NCBI GenBank assembly: GCA_965368975.1
Contig: CBDUPA010000012.1
Span: 128,001 to 192,000, forward strand
DNA length: 64,000 bases
Direction of reading: 5' to 3'
Source of the DNA: an uncultured bacterium
GTDB taxonomy: Bacteria; Acidobacteriota; Thermoanaerobaculia; Multivoradales; JAHZIX01
The translations under genes and the position numbers were made by a program. A model generated the notes under the pieces. That model was not told where the DNA came from. It searched no databases and worked only from the letters and a program-made list of their open reading frames with translations. How positions within the stretch are numbered: the stretch's first letter is position 1; each line of letters begins with the position of its first letter. Below are positions 49,894 through 61,675 of this stretch, piece by piece.

Positions 49894-50372
49894 ATGACAA
49901 GGAAGATGCCCTTTTGCTGGGAAGTATTGCTCTGGGTAGTCATTTCCTTGGTCTTGCCAGCGGGGCCTGCCACAGCCTGTGTTCTCGAGAACTTCCAAGT
50001 CGAGGCGGAGCCGGCTCTGCCGGAGGAGAATGAGGACTTCGAACTGATCGTGACCTACGGAGGCAGCACGGGTTGCATCCTCGCAGAACAACTAGTCGTT
50101 GCGGCAGAAAGTCTCCGTTTCGAGATCTCCTGTGATTGCCCGTTCGTCACCACGATTCCCGTTCGCAGGAGTTCCGCACCACCGTTCCTGGCCTGCCTGC
50201 AGGTCTCTACGACTTCGAGGCTATTCATGTGGACTCGCCCCCAACTCCCCGAACCGTCGGTACCGCCCAGTTCCTCATCGGCCACGCCCCCTCGATCCCC
50301 GTCTCTCCCCTGGCCTTGACCCTCCTCACCCTGACGCTCGCCCTCGCTGCCGTCTGGGTGCTGCGACGCTGA
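49894..50372 (+). pseudogene. Small secreted protein with IPTL-CTERM-like sorting tail, split by a 1-bp frameshift near 50160
   Basis: The signal-peptide ORF (49888 frame) joins the 50136-frame ORF ending SIPVSPLALTLLTLTLALAAVWVLRR*. Confidence 0.65.
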
Positions 50373-50374
50373 CG
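50322..50374 (+). repeat. Left copy of 53-bp direct repeat
   Basis: ctcctcaccctgacgctcgccctcgctgccgtctgggtgctgcgacgctgacg; 51/53 identical to 60419-60471. Confidence 0.9.
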
Positions 50375-50483
50375 CCATCCGGCGCCGCCTTCCGGCGCCT
50401 CCCTGCCTCCCGCTGGGTTCCGTGAAACGGTACACTCTTCGCCGGAAAGAGGTACTACGAACCTACGAACCCGAGGAGTGTGC

Positions 50484-52101
50484 GTGGCTGCGAAGCAGAA
50501 CGGTGGAGGGGACGCCAAGACCACCGAATTGGTGGTCAATGCGGAGGATCTGTGGAAGTCCGCGGACAAGTTGCGCGGCTCGATCGACGCGGCGGAGTAC
50601 AAGCATGTTGTGCTCGGCTTGATCTTCCTCAAGTACATCTCCGACGCCTTCGACGAGCGCCGCGACGCCTTGCAGCGCGAGCTGGCGGACGACGGCATCG
50701 AAGGCCAGATGGCGGAGGAGTTGCTGGAGAGCCGTGACGAGTACACCGCCGAGGGCATCTTCTGGGTGCCGCCGGAGGCGCGGTGGAAGCACCTGGCGCG
50801 GCAGGGCAAGGACGCCAAGATCGCCAAGTTCCTCGATGACGCCATGCACGCGATCGAGCGCGACAACGCCAAGCTGAAGAACAAGCTGCCCAAGGACTAC
50901 GCGCGTCGCGGCGTGCCGGCGCGGCGGCTGGGCGAGTTGATCGACCTGGTCGGCGGTATGACGCTGGGCACCGACGCCGCTCGCGGCAAGGACGTGCTGG
51001 GCCGCGTCTACGAGTACTTCCTGGGCAAGTTCGCCGCCGCGGAAGGCAAGTTGGGTGGCGAGTTCTTCACCCCCAGCTCGGTGGTGCGCCTGCTGGTGGA
51101 GATGATCGAGCCCTACCAGGGGCGCGTCTACGATCCGTGCTGTGGCTCCGGCGGCATGTTCGTGCAGTCCGAGCGCTTCGTGGAGGCGCACGGCGGCTCC
51201 AAGCGCAACCTGTCGATCTTCGGCCAGGAGTCCAACCCCACCACCTGGCGCCTGGCGCACATGAACCTGGCCATTCGCGGCATCGAAGCGAACCTGGGCG
51301 AGCAGGCGGCGAGCAGCTTTCAGCGCGACCTGCACCCGGATCTGAAGGCCGACTACATCCTGGCCAATCCACCCTTCAACATCTCGGACTGGGGCGGTGA
51401 GTTGCTGCGCGACGACAAGCGCTGGAAGTACGGCGCGCCGCCGCAGAGCAACGCCAACTATGCCTGGATCCAGCACTTCCTGCACCACCTGGCGCCCGGC
51501 GGCATCGCCGGTTTCGTGATGGCCAACGGGTCCTTGTCGTCGGCCAGCGGCGGTGAGGGGGAGATCCGGAAGAAGATCATCGAAGCCGATCTGGTCGACT
51601 GCATCGTCGCCCTGCCGCCGCAGCTCTTCCTGACAACGGGCATCCCGGTGTGTTTGTGGTTTCTGTCGCGAGATAAGCAGGGCCAACACGCCAAGCCCGC
51701 GACGCGCGATCGACGCGGCGAAACGTTGTTCCTCGATGCGCGTCAGCTGGGGGAGATGGAAACGCGCACCCAGCGCGTGTTCAGCGGTCGCGACGACGAA
51801 CCCCTGCCGGCCGACAGCGACATCGGGCGCATCGCCGGGACCTACCACGCCTGGCGCGGCGAAGCGGAGGCGGGGGAGTACGAGGATGTGCCCGGTTTCT
51901 GCAAGTCGGCGACGCTGGAAGAGATCCGCAAGCACGGGTTCGTGCTGACGCCTGGGCGCTACGTCGGTGCGGCGGAGGTGGAGGACGACGGCGAGCCGTT
52001 CGAGGAGAAGATGCAGCGGTTGACGGTGCAGCTGTACGAGCAGTTCGAGGAGGGGGAGCGGTTGACGGCGCGGATCAAGGGGAACTTGGAGGCCTTGGGG
52101 T

Positions 52102-52109
<8 letters not shown>
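50484..52109 (+). CDS. hsdM: Type I R-M methyltransferase subunit
   Basis: [31 protein letters not shown]; GTG start after gaggag. Confidence 0.95.
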
Positions 52110-53349
<1,240 letters not shown>

Positions 53350-53429
53350 ACGTGCAGTCAGAATCCTTCCCAAAGAAAACTTTCAAAGCAACATTACAAT
53401 CAGAAAAGTTCAACACCAGAAAGCCAGTC

Positions 53430-56400
53430 ATGCCCTCGGAAGCCCAACTCGAACAAACCACCAGCGCTCAGTTCTCCGAGATCGGCTACGCAGCCCACCC
53501 CGCCGTCGACCTCGGCCCCACCTCCGACACCCCCGCGCGCACCAGCGCCGAACAGGTCGTCCTCGAACCCCGTCTGCGCGCCGCCCTGCGCCGCATCCAC
53601 CCGGACTTTCCGGAAGACGCCCTCGACGACGCCATCCGCACCCTCAGCCGCCCACCCGAGCCGACGCTGGAGCAGAACAACCGCTGGTTCCACAATCTCC
53701 TACTCGACGGCATCCCCGTCGACGTACCGGGCCCCGATGGCGACGGCACGCGCGGCGAGTATGTGATGCCGATCGACTTCGAGCAGCCGGCCAACAACGA
53801 CTTCCTGGTCGTCAGCCAGCTCACCGTCCAGGGGCCGAAGAGCGTCCGCCGGCCGGACTTGGTGGTCTACATCAACGGCTTGCCGATCGCCGTCCTCGAG
53901 CTCAAAGATCCCAGCGACGAGCAGGCCACGGTGTGGAAAGCCTACGACCAGCTGCAGGACTACAAGCGCCGCATTCCCGACCTGCTGGCCTACAACGGGC
54001 TGCTGGTGATCAGCGATGGCCAGGAGACGCGGGTCGGGTCGCTGACCGCGGGGCGGGACCGCTTCGCGCCCTGGCGCTCGATCGAGAGCGACCAGCGGTC
54101 CAAGCGCGCGCTGCTCGAAGACGTGATCCGGGGGCTGTTCGAGCCGGCGCGCCTGCTCGACTACCTGCGTCACGGCATCACCTTCGAGGACGACGCGCGC
54201 GGCAAGATCGTCAAGAAGATCGCCGCCTACCACCAGTTCCGGGCCGTGCGGGCGGCGCGCGAGGCCGTGGCGGCGGCGCTGCAGCCGCGCGGCGACGGGC
54301 GCGGCGGCGTGGTCTGGCACACGCAGGGATCGGGCAAGAGCTTGACCATGCTGATGCTCTCCGGCGCCCTGATCGCCGATGCGCGCCTGGCCAATCCGAC
54401 CATCGTGGTGGTCACCGATCGCAACGACCTGGACGATCAACTCTTCGACACCTTCGCCAAGGGCCGCCGGCTGCTGCGCCAGGATCCGGCGCAGGCCGAG
54501 AGCCGCGACGACCTGCGCGCCAAGCTCAACCGGGCCTCCGGCGGCGTGATCTTCACCACCATTCAGAAATTCGAAGAGGCCGGCGACGCGGTGACCCCGC
54601 GCTCCAACGTGGTGGTGCTGGCGGACGAGGCGCACCGCAGCCAGTACGGCTTCTTGGACGGCGGCGCGCGCTGGATGCGCGAGGCACTGCCCAACGCCAC
54701 CTTCGTCGGTTTCACCGGCACGCCGATCGACCTGGACGACCGCAGCACCCGCGCCGTGTTCGGCGACTACGTCGACGTCTACGACATCCGCCAGGCCATC
54801 GACGATAACGCCACGGTGCCGATCTATTACGAGATGCAGCTGGTCAAGCTACTGCCCGACGACGCCGGCATCGAGGAAGGCGAAGCCAAGATCCGGGCCG
54901 CGGCGGAGGCGGATTACCAGGGCGTGGAGACCCCGCTGGACATCGAGGTGCCGCTCGAAGAACTGGCCGGCGCGCCGCCACGCCTGCTCCAGGTGGCGGA
55001 CAAGATCGTCGAGCACTTCGAGGCGCGGCGCGAGGTGATCGAGGGCAAGGGGATGGTGGTGTGCATGAGCCGTGCGATCTGCATGGATCTGTACGACGAG
55101 ATCGTCGCCCTGCGTCCGGACTGGCACGGCGACGACGACGCGGACGGCCGCGTCAAGGTGGTGATGGATCCGAACGTCCGGCGTCAGCGTGAGGGCGAGA
55201 GCGATCAGGACTACGACTGGCTGGCCGAGCGCATCCGCTCGCACGGGCGCACCAAGGGCCGGCGGGCCACGATCGCCGACCGCTTCAAGAACCCGGACGA
55301 CGATCTGCGCCTGGTGATCGTCTGCGACATGTGGCTCACCGGCTTCGACTGCCCACCGCTGCACACGCTCTACCTCGACAAACCGCTCGCTGGCCACAAC
55401 CTCATGCAGGCGATCGCGCGCGTCAACCGGGTGTTCGGCGACAAGCCGGGCGGCGTTGTGGTCGATTTCCTGGGCATCGCCGACCAGCTGCGCGACGCGG
55501 TCCACGTCTACACCCAGGCGGGCGGTGAGGGGCAGCCGGTGCAGGAGATCCAGGACCAGGCGGTACCCCTGATGCTGGAGAAGGTCGAAGCGCTGGACGA
55601 CTTCTTCGCCGACTTCCCGAGCGTCGAGAGCTTCGTGCGGCTCGATGGCGGCGCGCAGCAGGAGCGCTTGCAGGCCGGCATGGACTACGTGTTCGCGCAG
55701 AGCAACGGCAAGCAGCGGTTCCTGTCCATGGTCGCGGCGCTGTCCAAGGCCTTCGCGCTGTCGGTGCCACGCGAGGAAACGCTGGAGGTGCGCGAGCGCC
55801 TGATCTTCTACCAGGCCGTGCGCGCCGCGATCCGCAAGAGCGGCCTGGTCGACGCGCCCGCGCCGCCGCCCGACACCCGCGCCGCCGTGCGCCAGGTGCT
55901 CGCCGGAGCGATCGCCACCGACGGCGTGATCGACCTGTTCCAGGCCGCCGGTATCGACCAGGCCAACGTCGGCATCCTGTCCGACGACTTCCTCGACCGC
56001 CTGGCCGCCATGCCGCACAAGAACCTGGCGCTCGAAACCCTGCGCAAGCTGCTCAACGACCAGATCCGCAGCCGCGAGCGCGTCAACCTGGTGCAGTCGC
56101 GCGGCTTCCGCGAGGCGCTCGAAGCCAGCCTGAGTCGCTACACCAACCGTGCCATCACCACCGCCCAAGTGATCGAGGAACTGCTCGGCCTGGCGCGTAC
56201 CATTCGCGACCAGGTCGCCGCCGCCGAAGCGTCCGGCCTGAGTGACGACGAACGAGCCTTCTACGACGCCCTGGCCGACAACGACAGCGCCCGTCACGTG
56301 ATGCAGGACGACACGCTACGCCAGATCGCCTGCGAGCTCGCCGAGAGCTTGAAGAAAAAGGCCACTCTCGACTGGACCCAGCGCGAAACCGTCCGCGCCG

Positions 56401-56525
56401 ACATGCGCCGCACCGTGCGGCGACTCCTGGCCAAGCACGGCTATCCGCCGGACCAGCAAGAGACCGCGACGCAGCTGGTGATTCGACAAGCCGAACTGAC
56501 GGCGCGAGCGCTGGTGGAGGCGTGA
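53430..56525 (+). CDS. hsdR: Type I R-M restriction subunit
   Basis: [51 protein letters not shown]; start ATG 53430. Confidence 0.95.
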   Translation: MPSEAQLEQTTSAQFSEIGYAAHPAVDLGPTSDTPARTSAEQVVLEPRLRAALRRIHPDFPEDALDDAIRTLSRPPEPTLEQNNRWFHNLLLDGIPVDVPGPDGDGTRGEYVMPIDFEQPANNDFLVVSQLTVQGPKSVRRPDLVVYINGLPIAVLELKDPSDEQATVWKAYDQLQDYKRRIPDLLAYNGLLVISDGQETRVGSLTAGRDRFAPWRSIESDQRSKRALLEDVIRGLFEPARLLDYLRHGITFEDDARGKIVKKIAAYHQFRAVRAAREAVAAALQPRGDGRGGVVWHTQGSGKSLTMLMLSGALIADARLANPTIVVVTDRNDLDDQLFDTFAKGRRLLRQDPAQAESRDDLRAKLNRASGGVIFTTIQKFEEAGDAVTPRSNVVVLADEAHRSQYGFLDGGARWMREALPNATFVGFTGTPIDLDDRSTRAVFGDYVDVYDIRQAIDDNATVPIYYEMQLVKLLPDDAGIEEGEAKIRAAAEADYQGVETPLDIEVPLEELAGAPPRLLQVADKIVEHFEARREVIEGKGMVVCMSRAICMDLYDEIVALRPDWHGDDDADGRVKVVMDPNVRRQREGESDQDYDWLAERIRSHGRTKGRRATIADRFKNPDDDLRLVIVCDMWLTGFDCPPLHTLYLDKPLAGHNLMQAIARVNRVFGDKPGGVVVDFLGIADQLRDAVHVYTQAGGEGQPVQEIQDQAVPLMLEKVEALDDFFADFPSVESFVRLDGGAQQERLQAGMDYVFAQSNGKQRFLSMVAALSKAFALSVPREETLEVRERLIFYQAVRAAIRKSGLVDAPAPPPDTRAAVRQVLAGAIATDGVIDLFQAAGIDQANVGILSDDFLDRLAAMPHKNLALETLRKLLNDQIRSRERVNLVQSRGFREALEASLSRYTNRAITTAQVIEELLGLARTIRDQVAAAEASGLSDDERAFYDALADNDSARHVMQDDTLRQIACELAESLKKKATLDWTQRETVRADMRRTVRRLLAKHGYPPDQQETATQLVIRQAELTARALVEA

Positions 56526-56529
56526 GGGG

Positions 56530-58767
56530 TTACCGCTCCACGCCCAGCGCTTCCAAGTTCAATCGCTCGCCATCGGTCAAAGACACGGTTTGGACGATCT
56601 CGCCGTCGACTTCGAGGTGATAGACGCCAGCGGCCAGAAAGGGCACTTCGAAAGCCCCGCTCGCATCGGTGACCGTCCAGGCGGTGCGACGAGCGTTGTG
56701 AGCCGACACCAAGCGGACTTCGTGCGCTGACCCTTCGAGCACGCCCTGAAGGCTGGCGGTCGGTAGTTCGAAGTCGAGACTCGCGTCTTGAAAGTCGGCT
56801 GGGATTCGGCCTAGGTAGATGGAAGTTCCGGGGCGGCTCAGGCGCAAGTCGACTTCCCGGCCTCGATGGTGCACGGTGAACGTGTTGTCGGCGTCGACCG
56901 GCGCGGCGAGAACGCTGGCGCCGTCTTGGGAGCTCAATTGCCAGCCTGCTGGTGGTGGCCAGATGCGCACGCGGATGTCGCGGGACGGGGAACCGAAGAT
57001 GACCTGGGTGGTCTCGCCAGCTCGTACATCCGCGAGTTGCACGTCGCCGCCGGAGGTCACGGTTACTGTCGATCCTTCGCTCCGGACTTGTTCGAGAATC
57101 ACGTGGTGCCGTCCCACCGTCAGCGGCCCGAAGCGGACCCGTCCGTCGAGATCGGTCGTGCCACTGCCGCGACCGAGCCCGCCGGGACCGCCCCCCGGCA
57201 TGTCGTGGACGATCGGGCAGCCGGCGCAGGGGAGCCCCGACTCGTCGTCGAAGGCCAGAACGTCGATCCAGCCGCCGGCTTCCAGGTCGATGACGAAGGG
57301 CTGCTTGATGACGGTTGGATCAGGTGGTAGTTCGATACTCAGGGGAGGGTAGGCGCTGGCGAGTACGCGGACCCGAATCGGTTGCTCACTCTCGATCGCC
57401 GAGCGGAACTCGCCGGCCTCGTCCGTGACCGTCTGGACGGCGCCCGGCGGTCGCAACGAGGTCAGCTGCGCTCCGGCGACAGGTTCGCCGGATTCCGCGT
57501 CCTGTACCCGTCCCCACAACTCGGAAGCGGTCGACAACTCGATGGTGGCGAGGTCTTTCGTTTCACCGGCTGCCAGCGTGACGGTACGTTCTTCGACTCG
57601 AAAGCCCGGTGCAGCTACAACGAGCTGGTACGTCGATGGGTTCAGGTTCTCGGCCTCGAAGCGACCATCCGCGGAGACGGGGATCTCGACGATGTTCGGT
57701 GATGCCCCGGAGAAGCGAGACGGCAGTTCGAACGAGACTGCCGCATTGGCCACCGGTTCGCCGTCGTGCTGAACTCGCCCCCGGACCTTGGCGAGCGGGT
57801 CGAGGTAGCAGTGAACGTCGGTCGGTGGGGACTCGAACGCTTGCCGCTCGGCGACGTGGCCCTTTGCCCTACACAGCACGTGTAGCGGCTGGTCCGGACC
57901 GAAACCGGTCAGCCGAGCTTCGCCATCTGTGTTCGTCGCTCCCGAGAACTCGACGCGCTGTCCCGCAACGGGTTGTGACGCGGCGACCTGGGCTCCTGCC
58001 AGAACTTCGCCGCCGGTGTTGCTAACGATGAAGTGCACGCCCAGTCCACGCGCAAGATCGATCTCTCCGAGGTCCAACCGCGCTGTCCGTGAGGCAGGCT
58101 CTTCGACGGATCTCTCTTCAGCGCCTTGGTCCTCCACTTCGAAAGCGGTTCCGAGGAGTAACTCCGGCTCCGGCACTGTGAAGGCGTCCAACAAGTCGAT
58201 GCGCCCACCAGGTGCTTGGATCTCGAGGCGATACGTACCGGGCCCCAGCTGCGGCAGTTCGAAGCGCCCCTCGGCGTCCGTCCGGACCTCGCGCCGGGGT
58301 TCGGCTGCATCCGGGGCGAAGGCGAGTGGCACGAGAAACGGCTTGCGCGCTTCCAGTTCGGCGAGCGTCAGTCGAACCCGTGCTCCGACTACCGGCTCAT
58401 GCTCGGATACGAGCTTTCCGGTTACGACGACTCCTGGTGCCAAGACCGGGTGGAGCACGTCTCCAGGCCGTAGATACTGCGATCGGCAGTGCGTCGTGCC
58501 CGTCTCCATGCCGTTGCAGATCACAGCCTGGCCTTCGGTGCCCTTCCAGGTCCATACTTCCTCTGCGTCTTCCGCGCCGAAACGCCACCGCGCCACCTCA
58601 GCATCTGCCGCGAAGGGCACAACCTCGAACCAGACCGCCGGCCTGGTCGACGCGGTTTCGGAAGTCGACGCCGTGGCCTCTGAGATCGACGCCGTTATGC
58701 CAGCGCCAAGCAGTCCGAGCGTCAAAGTAAGGCCGGCGCGAGTCCAGAATGCCTCGGTACCGATCAC
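56530..58767 (-). CDS. Secreted carboxypeptidase-regulatory-like (beta-sandwich repeat) protein
   Basis: Signal peptide; repeated GRV.D...G.PVAGA.V, TD..G.F and PG.Y.L...APG units. Confidence 0.8.
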   Translation of the reverse strand: MIGTEAFWTRAGLTLTLGLLGAGITASISEATASTSETASTRPAVWFEVVPFAADAEVARWRFGAEDAEEVWTWKGTEGQAVICNGMETGTTHCRSQYLRPGDVLHPVLAPGVVVTGKLVSEHEPVVGARVRLTLAELEARKPFLVPLAFAPDAAEPRREVRTDAEGRFELPQLGPGTYRLEIQAPGGRIDLLDAFTVPEPELLLGTAFEVEDQGAEERSVEEPASRTARLDLGEIDLARGLGVHFIVSNTGGEVLAGAQVAASQPVAGQRVEFSGATNTDGEARLTGFGPDQPLHVLCRAKGHVAERQAFESPPTDVHCYLDPLAKVRGRVQHDGEPVANAAVSFELPSRFSGASPNIVEIPVSADGRFEAENLNPSTYQLVVAAPGFRVEERTVTLAAGETKDLATIELSTASELWGRVQDAESGEPVAGAQLTSLRPPGAVQTVTDEAGEFRSAIESEQPIRVRVLASAYPPLSIELPPDPTVIKQPFVIDLEAGGWIDVLAFDDESGLPCAGCPIVHDMPGGGPGGLGRGSGTTDLDGRVRFGPLTVGRHHVILEQVRSEGSTVTVTSGGDVQLADVRAGETTQVIFGSPSRDIRVRIWPPPAGWQLSSQDGASVLAAPVDADNTFTVHHRGREVDLRLSRPGTSIYLGRIPADFQDASLDFELPTASLQGVLEGSAHEVRLVSAHNARRTAWTVTDASGAFEVPFLAAGVYHLEVDGEIVQTVSLTDGERLNLEALGVER

Positions 58768-58772
58768 GGCGC

Positions 58773-59045
58773 TCAGCTACAGGTGTAATCGCAAGTTTGG
58801 GTACAGTCGCCGGTCGATGGGCAGGAACAGGAGGCCTTCAACGAACATCCAAAGGGCGGGGCTGCACACCCGCACAAGGCCTGACCACAGTGGCAACCAC
58901 TTCCAGAGCCGCTACCGGCGCCCCCTGGGTCTTGCTGGAAGGGTCCGCTACCCGCAGGCGAGGCATTGGCGGGCGGTAAGCTCGCCAGAGTTACGAGACC
59001 CACGATGGCGAGCAGCAGAGCCAGGGTTGTTGCTAGTTTTCTCAT
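58773..59045 (-). CDS. Secreted 10-Cys peptide (copy 2)
   Basis: Signal peptide, then PFQQDPG-GSGSGSG-CHCG..CGC..PP.GCSL.ASCSCP.TG.CTQ.C.Y.C. Confidence 0.85.
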   Translation of the reverse strand: MRKLATTLALLLAIVGLVTLASLPPANASPAGSGPFQQDPGGAGSGSGSGCHCGQALCGCAAPPFGCSLKASCSCPSTGDCTQTCDYTCS

Positions 59046-59066
59046 GAGAACTGTTGGCTCCCTGTT

Positions 59067-59339
59067 TCAAGCACAGTAATACGTACATTCCTGTGTGCAA
59101 TTGCCCGTTGATGGGCAGGAGCAGCTAGCCGTAAGACTGCAGCCTGCCGGAGGCGCTGCACAGCCACACCGCTCTTCACCGCAGTGGCAGCCACTTCCCG
59201 AGCCGCTACCGTCGTCTCCTGGGTCCTGCTGGAAGGGTCCGCCTCCGGCAGGGTTTGCATCGGCGGATGGGAGCGCAATCAAGGTGAGCAAGGTGACAGC
59301 GGCGAGTACCAGTGCGCATAACAATACGACTTTCTTCAT
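59067..59339 (-). CDS. Secreted 10-Cys peptide (copy 1)
   Basis: Paralogue of the adjacent gene with the same 90-aa length and Cys spacing; RBS gaggag. Confidence 0.85.
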   Translation of the reverse strand: MKKVVLLCALVLAAVTLLTLIALPSADANPAGGGPFQQDPGDDGSGSGSGCHCGEERCGCAAPPAGCSLTASCSCPSTGNCTQECTYYCA

Positions 59340-59365
59340 GAGCAGGCTCCTCCTCTGGGTCTATC

Positions 59366-60346
59366 CTAGGGAGATGGATTGTCGACCTCGAAGGTTTCAG
59401 GCTGTGTGCCACAGCGTGACAGAATACGTCCTGAAGCTTCGTGTTCCATCGGGATGAAGAGCACATCTTCACCGATCAGGGCAGAGCGTAGCGAACAGTC
59501 GGGACTGTCGAGCTTCAGCGTCCGCGTGTTCAGGCTGCCGTCGAGAGCAACTCGGGTCAACAAGGCCGTCGTTCGGTTGTCCTCGCATTTGCTGACAATC
59601 CAAGCGCGCCCTCGATCGTCGACCGTCATGCGCAGCACTTCGAACAGAGGTGTTTGGATTTCGCCTTGCTGCTTCAGTTGTGCATCCAGCTCTCGACGCC
59701 AGCTCTCGATTTCGGGGTACCGGTGGGCCGGAACCTGCGCTGTTGCCAGAACTTCTCCTTCCAGCGAGAAGATGGTCAGCTCTCCCGTCAAGCTGTTCAG
59801 GGCGAAAAGGCGGTCCAGCGGCGCGTTGTAGGCCAGAGTCAGCGAGCGCAGAAACGTGGCTCCAGGCTCCGGCACGATCCGGGTCGCTTCGCCGAAAGCC
59901 CTCTCCCGTTCGCCCGTATCTAGATTCCAGATCTCAACGAGATGAGCCGCGCGGGTGGGTGCAACCGCCACTCGATGTTGATCGATCCAGATGACGTCGG
60001 CAGCCTCATGTGTCAGGTCGAGAGCGCGATCCTCGTCGGCTCCCGGTCTGCGCACGAAGAGACGGGTTCCGGCATTGTCCAGGCGAATCAGGCCCCAAGC
60101 TCGATCGAGATCCAAGCTGCGCGAGTTGGGCACACTGAACCCCGAAATTCTAGAGGCGTCACCAGCCCACAGGTCGACGGTGTGTTCTCTGCGGTCCCAG
60201 GTCCAGAGGTTTCCTCGCCGGGCGTCTCCGATCTCGTCCACGCTGATGCCGGGGCTTGCCGAGCAAGTCAGTTTGGTTTCCGCAGCTGCGGCTGGGCTAC
60301 TCGGTAAGATCAAGCTCAGCACGATGATTATTAGAGTCTTAGCCAT
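59366..60346 (-). CDS. Secreted beta-propeller (NHL/6-bladed-like) protein
   Basis: Signal peptide; repeated beta-blade patterns (GNLWTWD, DRLFALN...IFSLEGE, VDDRGRAWI). Confidence 0.6.
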   Translation of the reverse strand: MAKTLIIIVLSLILPSSPAAAAETKLTCSASPGISVDEIGDARRGNLWTWDRREHTVDLWAGDASRISGFSVPNSRSLDLDRAWGLIRLDNAGTRLFVRRPGADEDRALDLTHEAADVIWIDQHRVAVAPTRAAHLVEIWNLDTGERERAFGEATRIVPEPGATFLRSLTLAYNAPLDRLFALNSLTGELTIFSLEGEVLATAQVPAHRYPEIESWRRELDAQLKQQGEIQTPLFEVLRMTVDDRGRAWIVSKCEDNRTTALLTRVALDGSLNTRTLKLDSPDCSLRSALIGEDVLFIPMEHEASGRILSRCGTQPETFEVDNPSP

Positions 60347-60378
60347 GGGTTTTCGTCTCTACGTGCAGGATGGCACAT

Positions 60379-60396
60379 ATTCTCATCTATGAGAAT
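60379..60396. promoter_or_regulatory. Palindrome ATTCTCAT-ct-ATGAGAAT upstream of the propeller/peptide operon
   Basis: Perfect 8-bp inverted repeat in an AT-rich patch about 33 bp upstream of the start codon. Confidence 0.45.
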
Positions 60397-60418
60397 GCCC
60401 AGTGTCAATGCCGTTCCG

Positions 60419-60471
60419 CTCCTCACCCTGACGCTCGCCCTCGCCGCCCTCTGGGTGCTGCGACGCTGACG
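60419..60471 (+). repeat. Right copy of 53-bp direct repeat
   Basis: ctcctcaccctgacgctcgccctcgccgccctctgggtgctgcgacgctgacg. Confidence 0.9.
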
Positions 60472-60525
60472 TTCACCCTGCTTTGGGACTAGAGGTCAGT
60501 CCCATATCCGCCGACTTGCTGCCGT

Positions 60526-61404
60526 CTAGCCACCAGGCTCTGTAGCTGTGGGCTGCAAGGTCAGCGTGCCGGAGACGAGTTCGCCGGAGCTCTCGAGCCG
60601 TCCGTGCTCGCCCTGGAAGATCCCGTCTTTCGTCTCGCCTCGGAAGAAGAACGTGCGCGATCCAGGATCTTCCAGGACCTCTCCTGCCAGTGGCCCAGAG
60701 TCCAGGCTTCCGTTGGCGGTGCCTGCATAGACCAACTTGCGCTCACCCATGGCGAAGTGGAACTCGACCTTCCAGGTCCCCTCTCCCGTCGGCTCGAAGT
60801 GGACGTCGAGATCACCGGACGAGGACGGCGTGATCTCGATCCAGGTGTAGCTTCCCTCGAAACTCTGCGGCGTTGCCGGCACCGTCACCTCGTCTTCCAC
60901 GGGAACTGACAGGGCTTGTGCTTCGGACCCGGCGGAGGTACGGGGTCCGGGGTTTAGGACCAGGGTTCCTATCTCTTCTTCCTCGAAGTCTTCGATGCGA
61001 TAGGTCGAGCCGCTGAACTGTCCCGATGCATCGATCAAACCGCGAAAGGCGTAGGTGCGGTCGTGGGCCGAGGTGTAGACGGTTCCCTGCAACGAGGGGG
61101 CCGAGTCGTCTGTTGGGCGTGCCGCGTCGGTGGATACTAGCTTTCCGACCGCGTCGCCGGAGAAGGTCTGCGGATGGTCCTGGAAGGTGAAGTGGAAATC
61201 CACCGTCCAGGTGTCCTCACCGGTGGGCGTGAAGATGGCGTCGATGTCGTCGCCGACGCCTTGCTCGGTCCAGAAGTAGTAGCCGTGATAGGCGTGTGCG
61301 GCAGGAGGAGCGGCACCTAGCGGCGTGGTCGAACCACGTAGTGATGCCGCAGCGAGGAGGAGCCAGGTGCAGCAGAAGATAGCGTAGCGTCTTGATAGGG
61401 ACAT
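60526..61404 (-). CDS. Secreted protein with two tandem copies of an unknown beta-rich domain
   Basis: Signal peptide; G.Y.W....GD..A.F.PTGE.TW.V.FHF......G.A.G.L occurs twice. Confidence 0.75.
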   Translation of the reverse strand: MSLSRRYAIFCCTWLLLAAASLRGSTTPLGAAPPAAHAYHGYYFWTEQGVGDDIDAIFTPTGEDTWTVDFHFTFQDHPQTFSGDAVGKLVSTDAARPTDDSAPSLQGTVYTSAHDRTYAFRGLIDASGQFSGSTYRIEDFEEEEIGTLVLNPGPRTSAGSEAQALSVPVEDEVTVPATPQSFEGSYTWIEITPSSSGDLDVHFEPTGEGTWKVEFHFAMGERKLVYAGTANGSLDSGPLAGEVLEDPGSRTFFFRGETKDGIFQGEHGRLESSGELVSGTLTLQPTATEPGG

Positions 61405-61492
61405 GGAGCGAGTATAGACCCGGAGGCTCGGGTGAGGCCGCTTCACGCCCAAGAGCAGCGGTGCGCCGCCTCTGTGAGGTCGCAAGATCGAC

Positions 61493-61651
61493 TCAGTGCT
61501 GGTCGCAGCAGGTCACGCCGATCGACGTCTCGCAGCGCGGCCCGGTGCAGCCGCCGTGCACGTCACCGCTCAGCCGCCTCGAATCCAGGTATAGAATCGA
61601 GCCACCTATCCCGCATCCTGTCGACACTCGCGAGGAGCATCTGCAATGCAT
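61493..61651 (-). CDS. Possible RiPP precursor remnant (double-Gly + Cys/Thr core)
   Basis: ...RRLSGDVHGG|CTGPRCETSIGVTCCDQH*, with strongly GC3-biased codons only in the 3' half. Confidence 0.35.
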   Translation of the reverse strand: MHCRCSSRVSTGCGIGGSILYLDSRRLSGDVHGGCTGPRCETSIGVTCCDQH

Positions 61652-61675
61652 AGATCGAAACACTGCACGAGCATC

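Noticed and set aside
58773-59339. Cys peptides as c-type cytochromes or lanthipeptides
   Set aside because: There is no CxxCH, they carry Sec signal peptides rather than RiPP leaders, and no modifying enzymes are adjacent.
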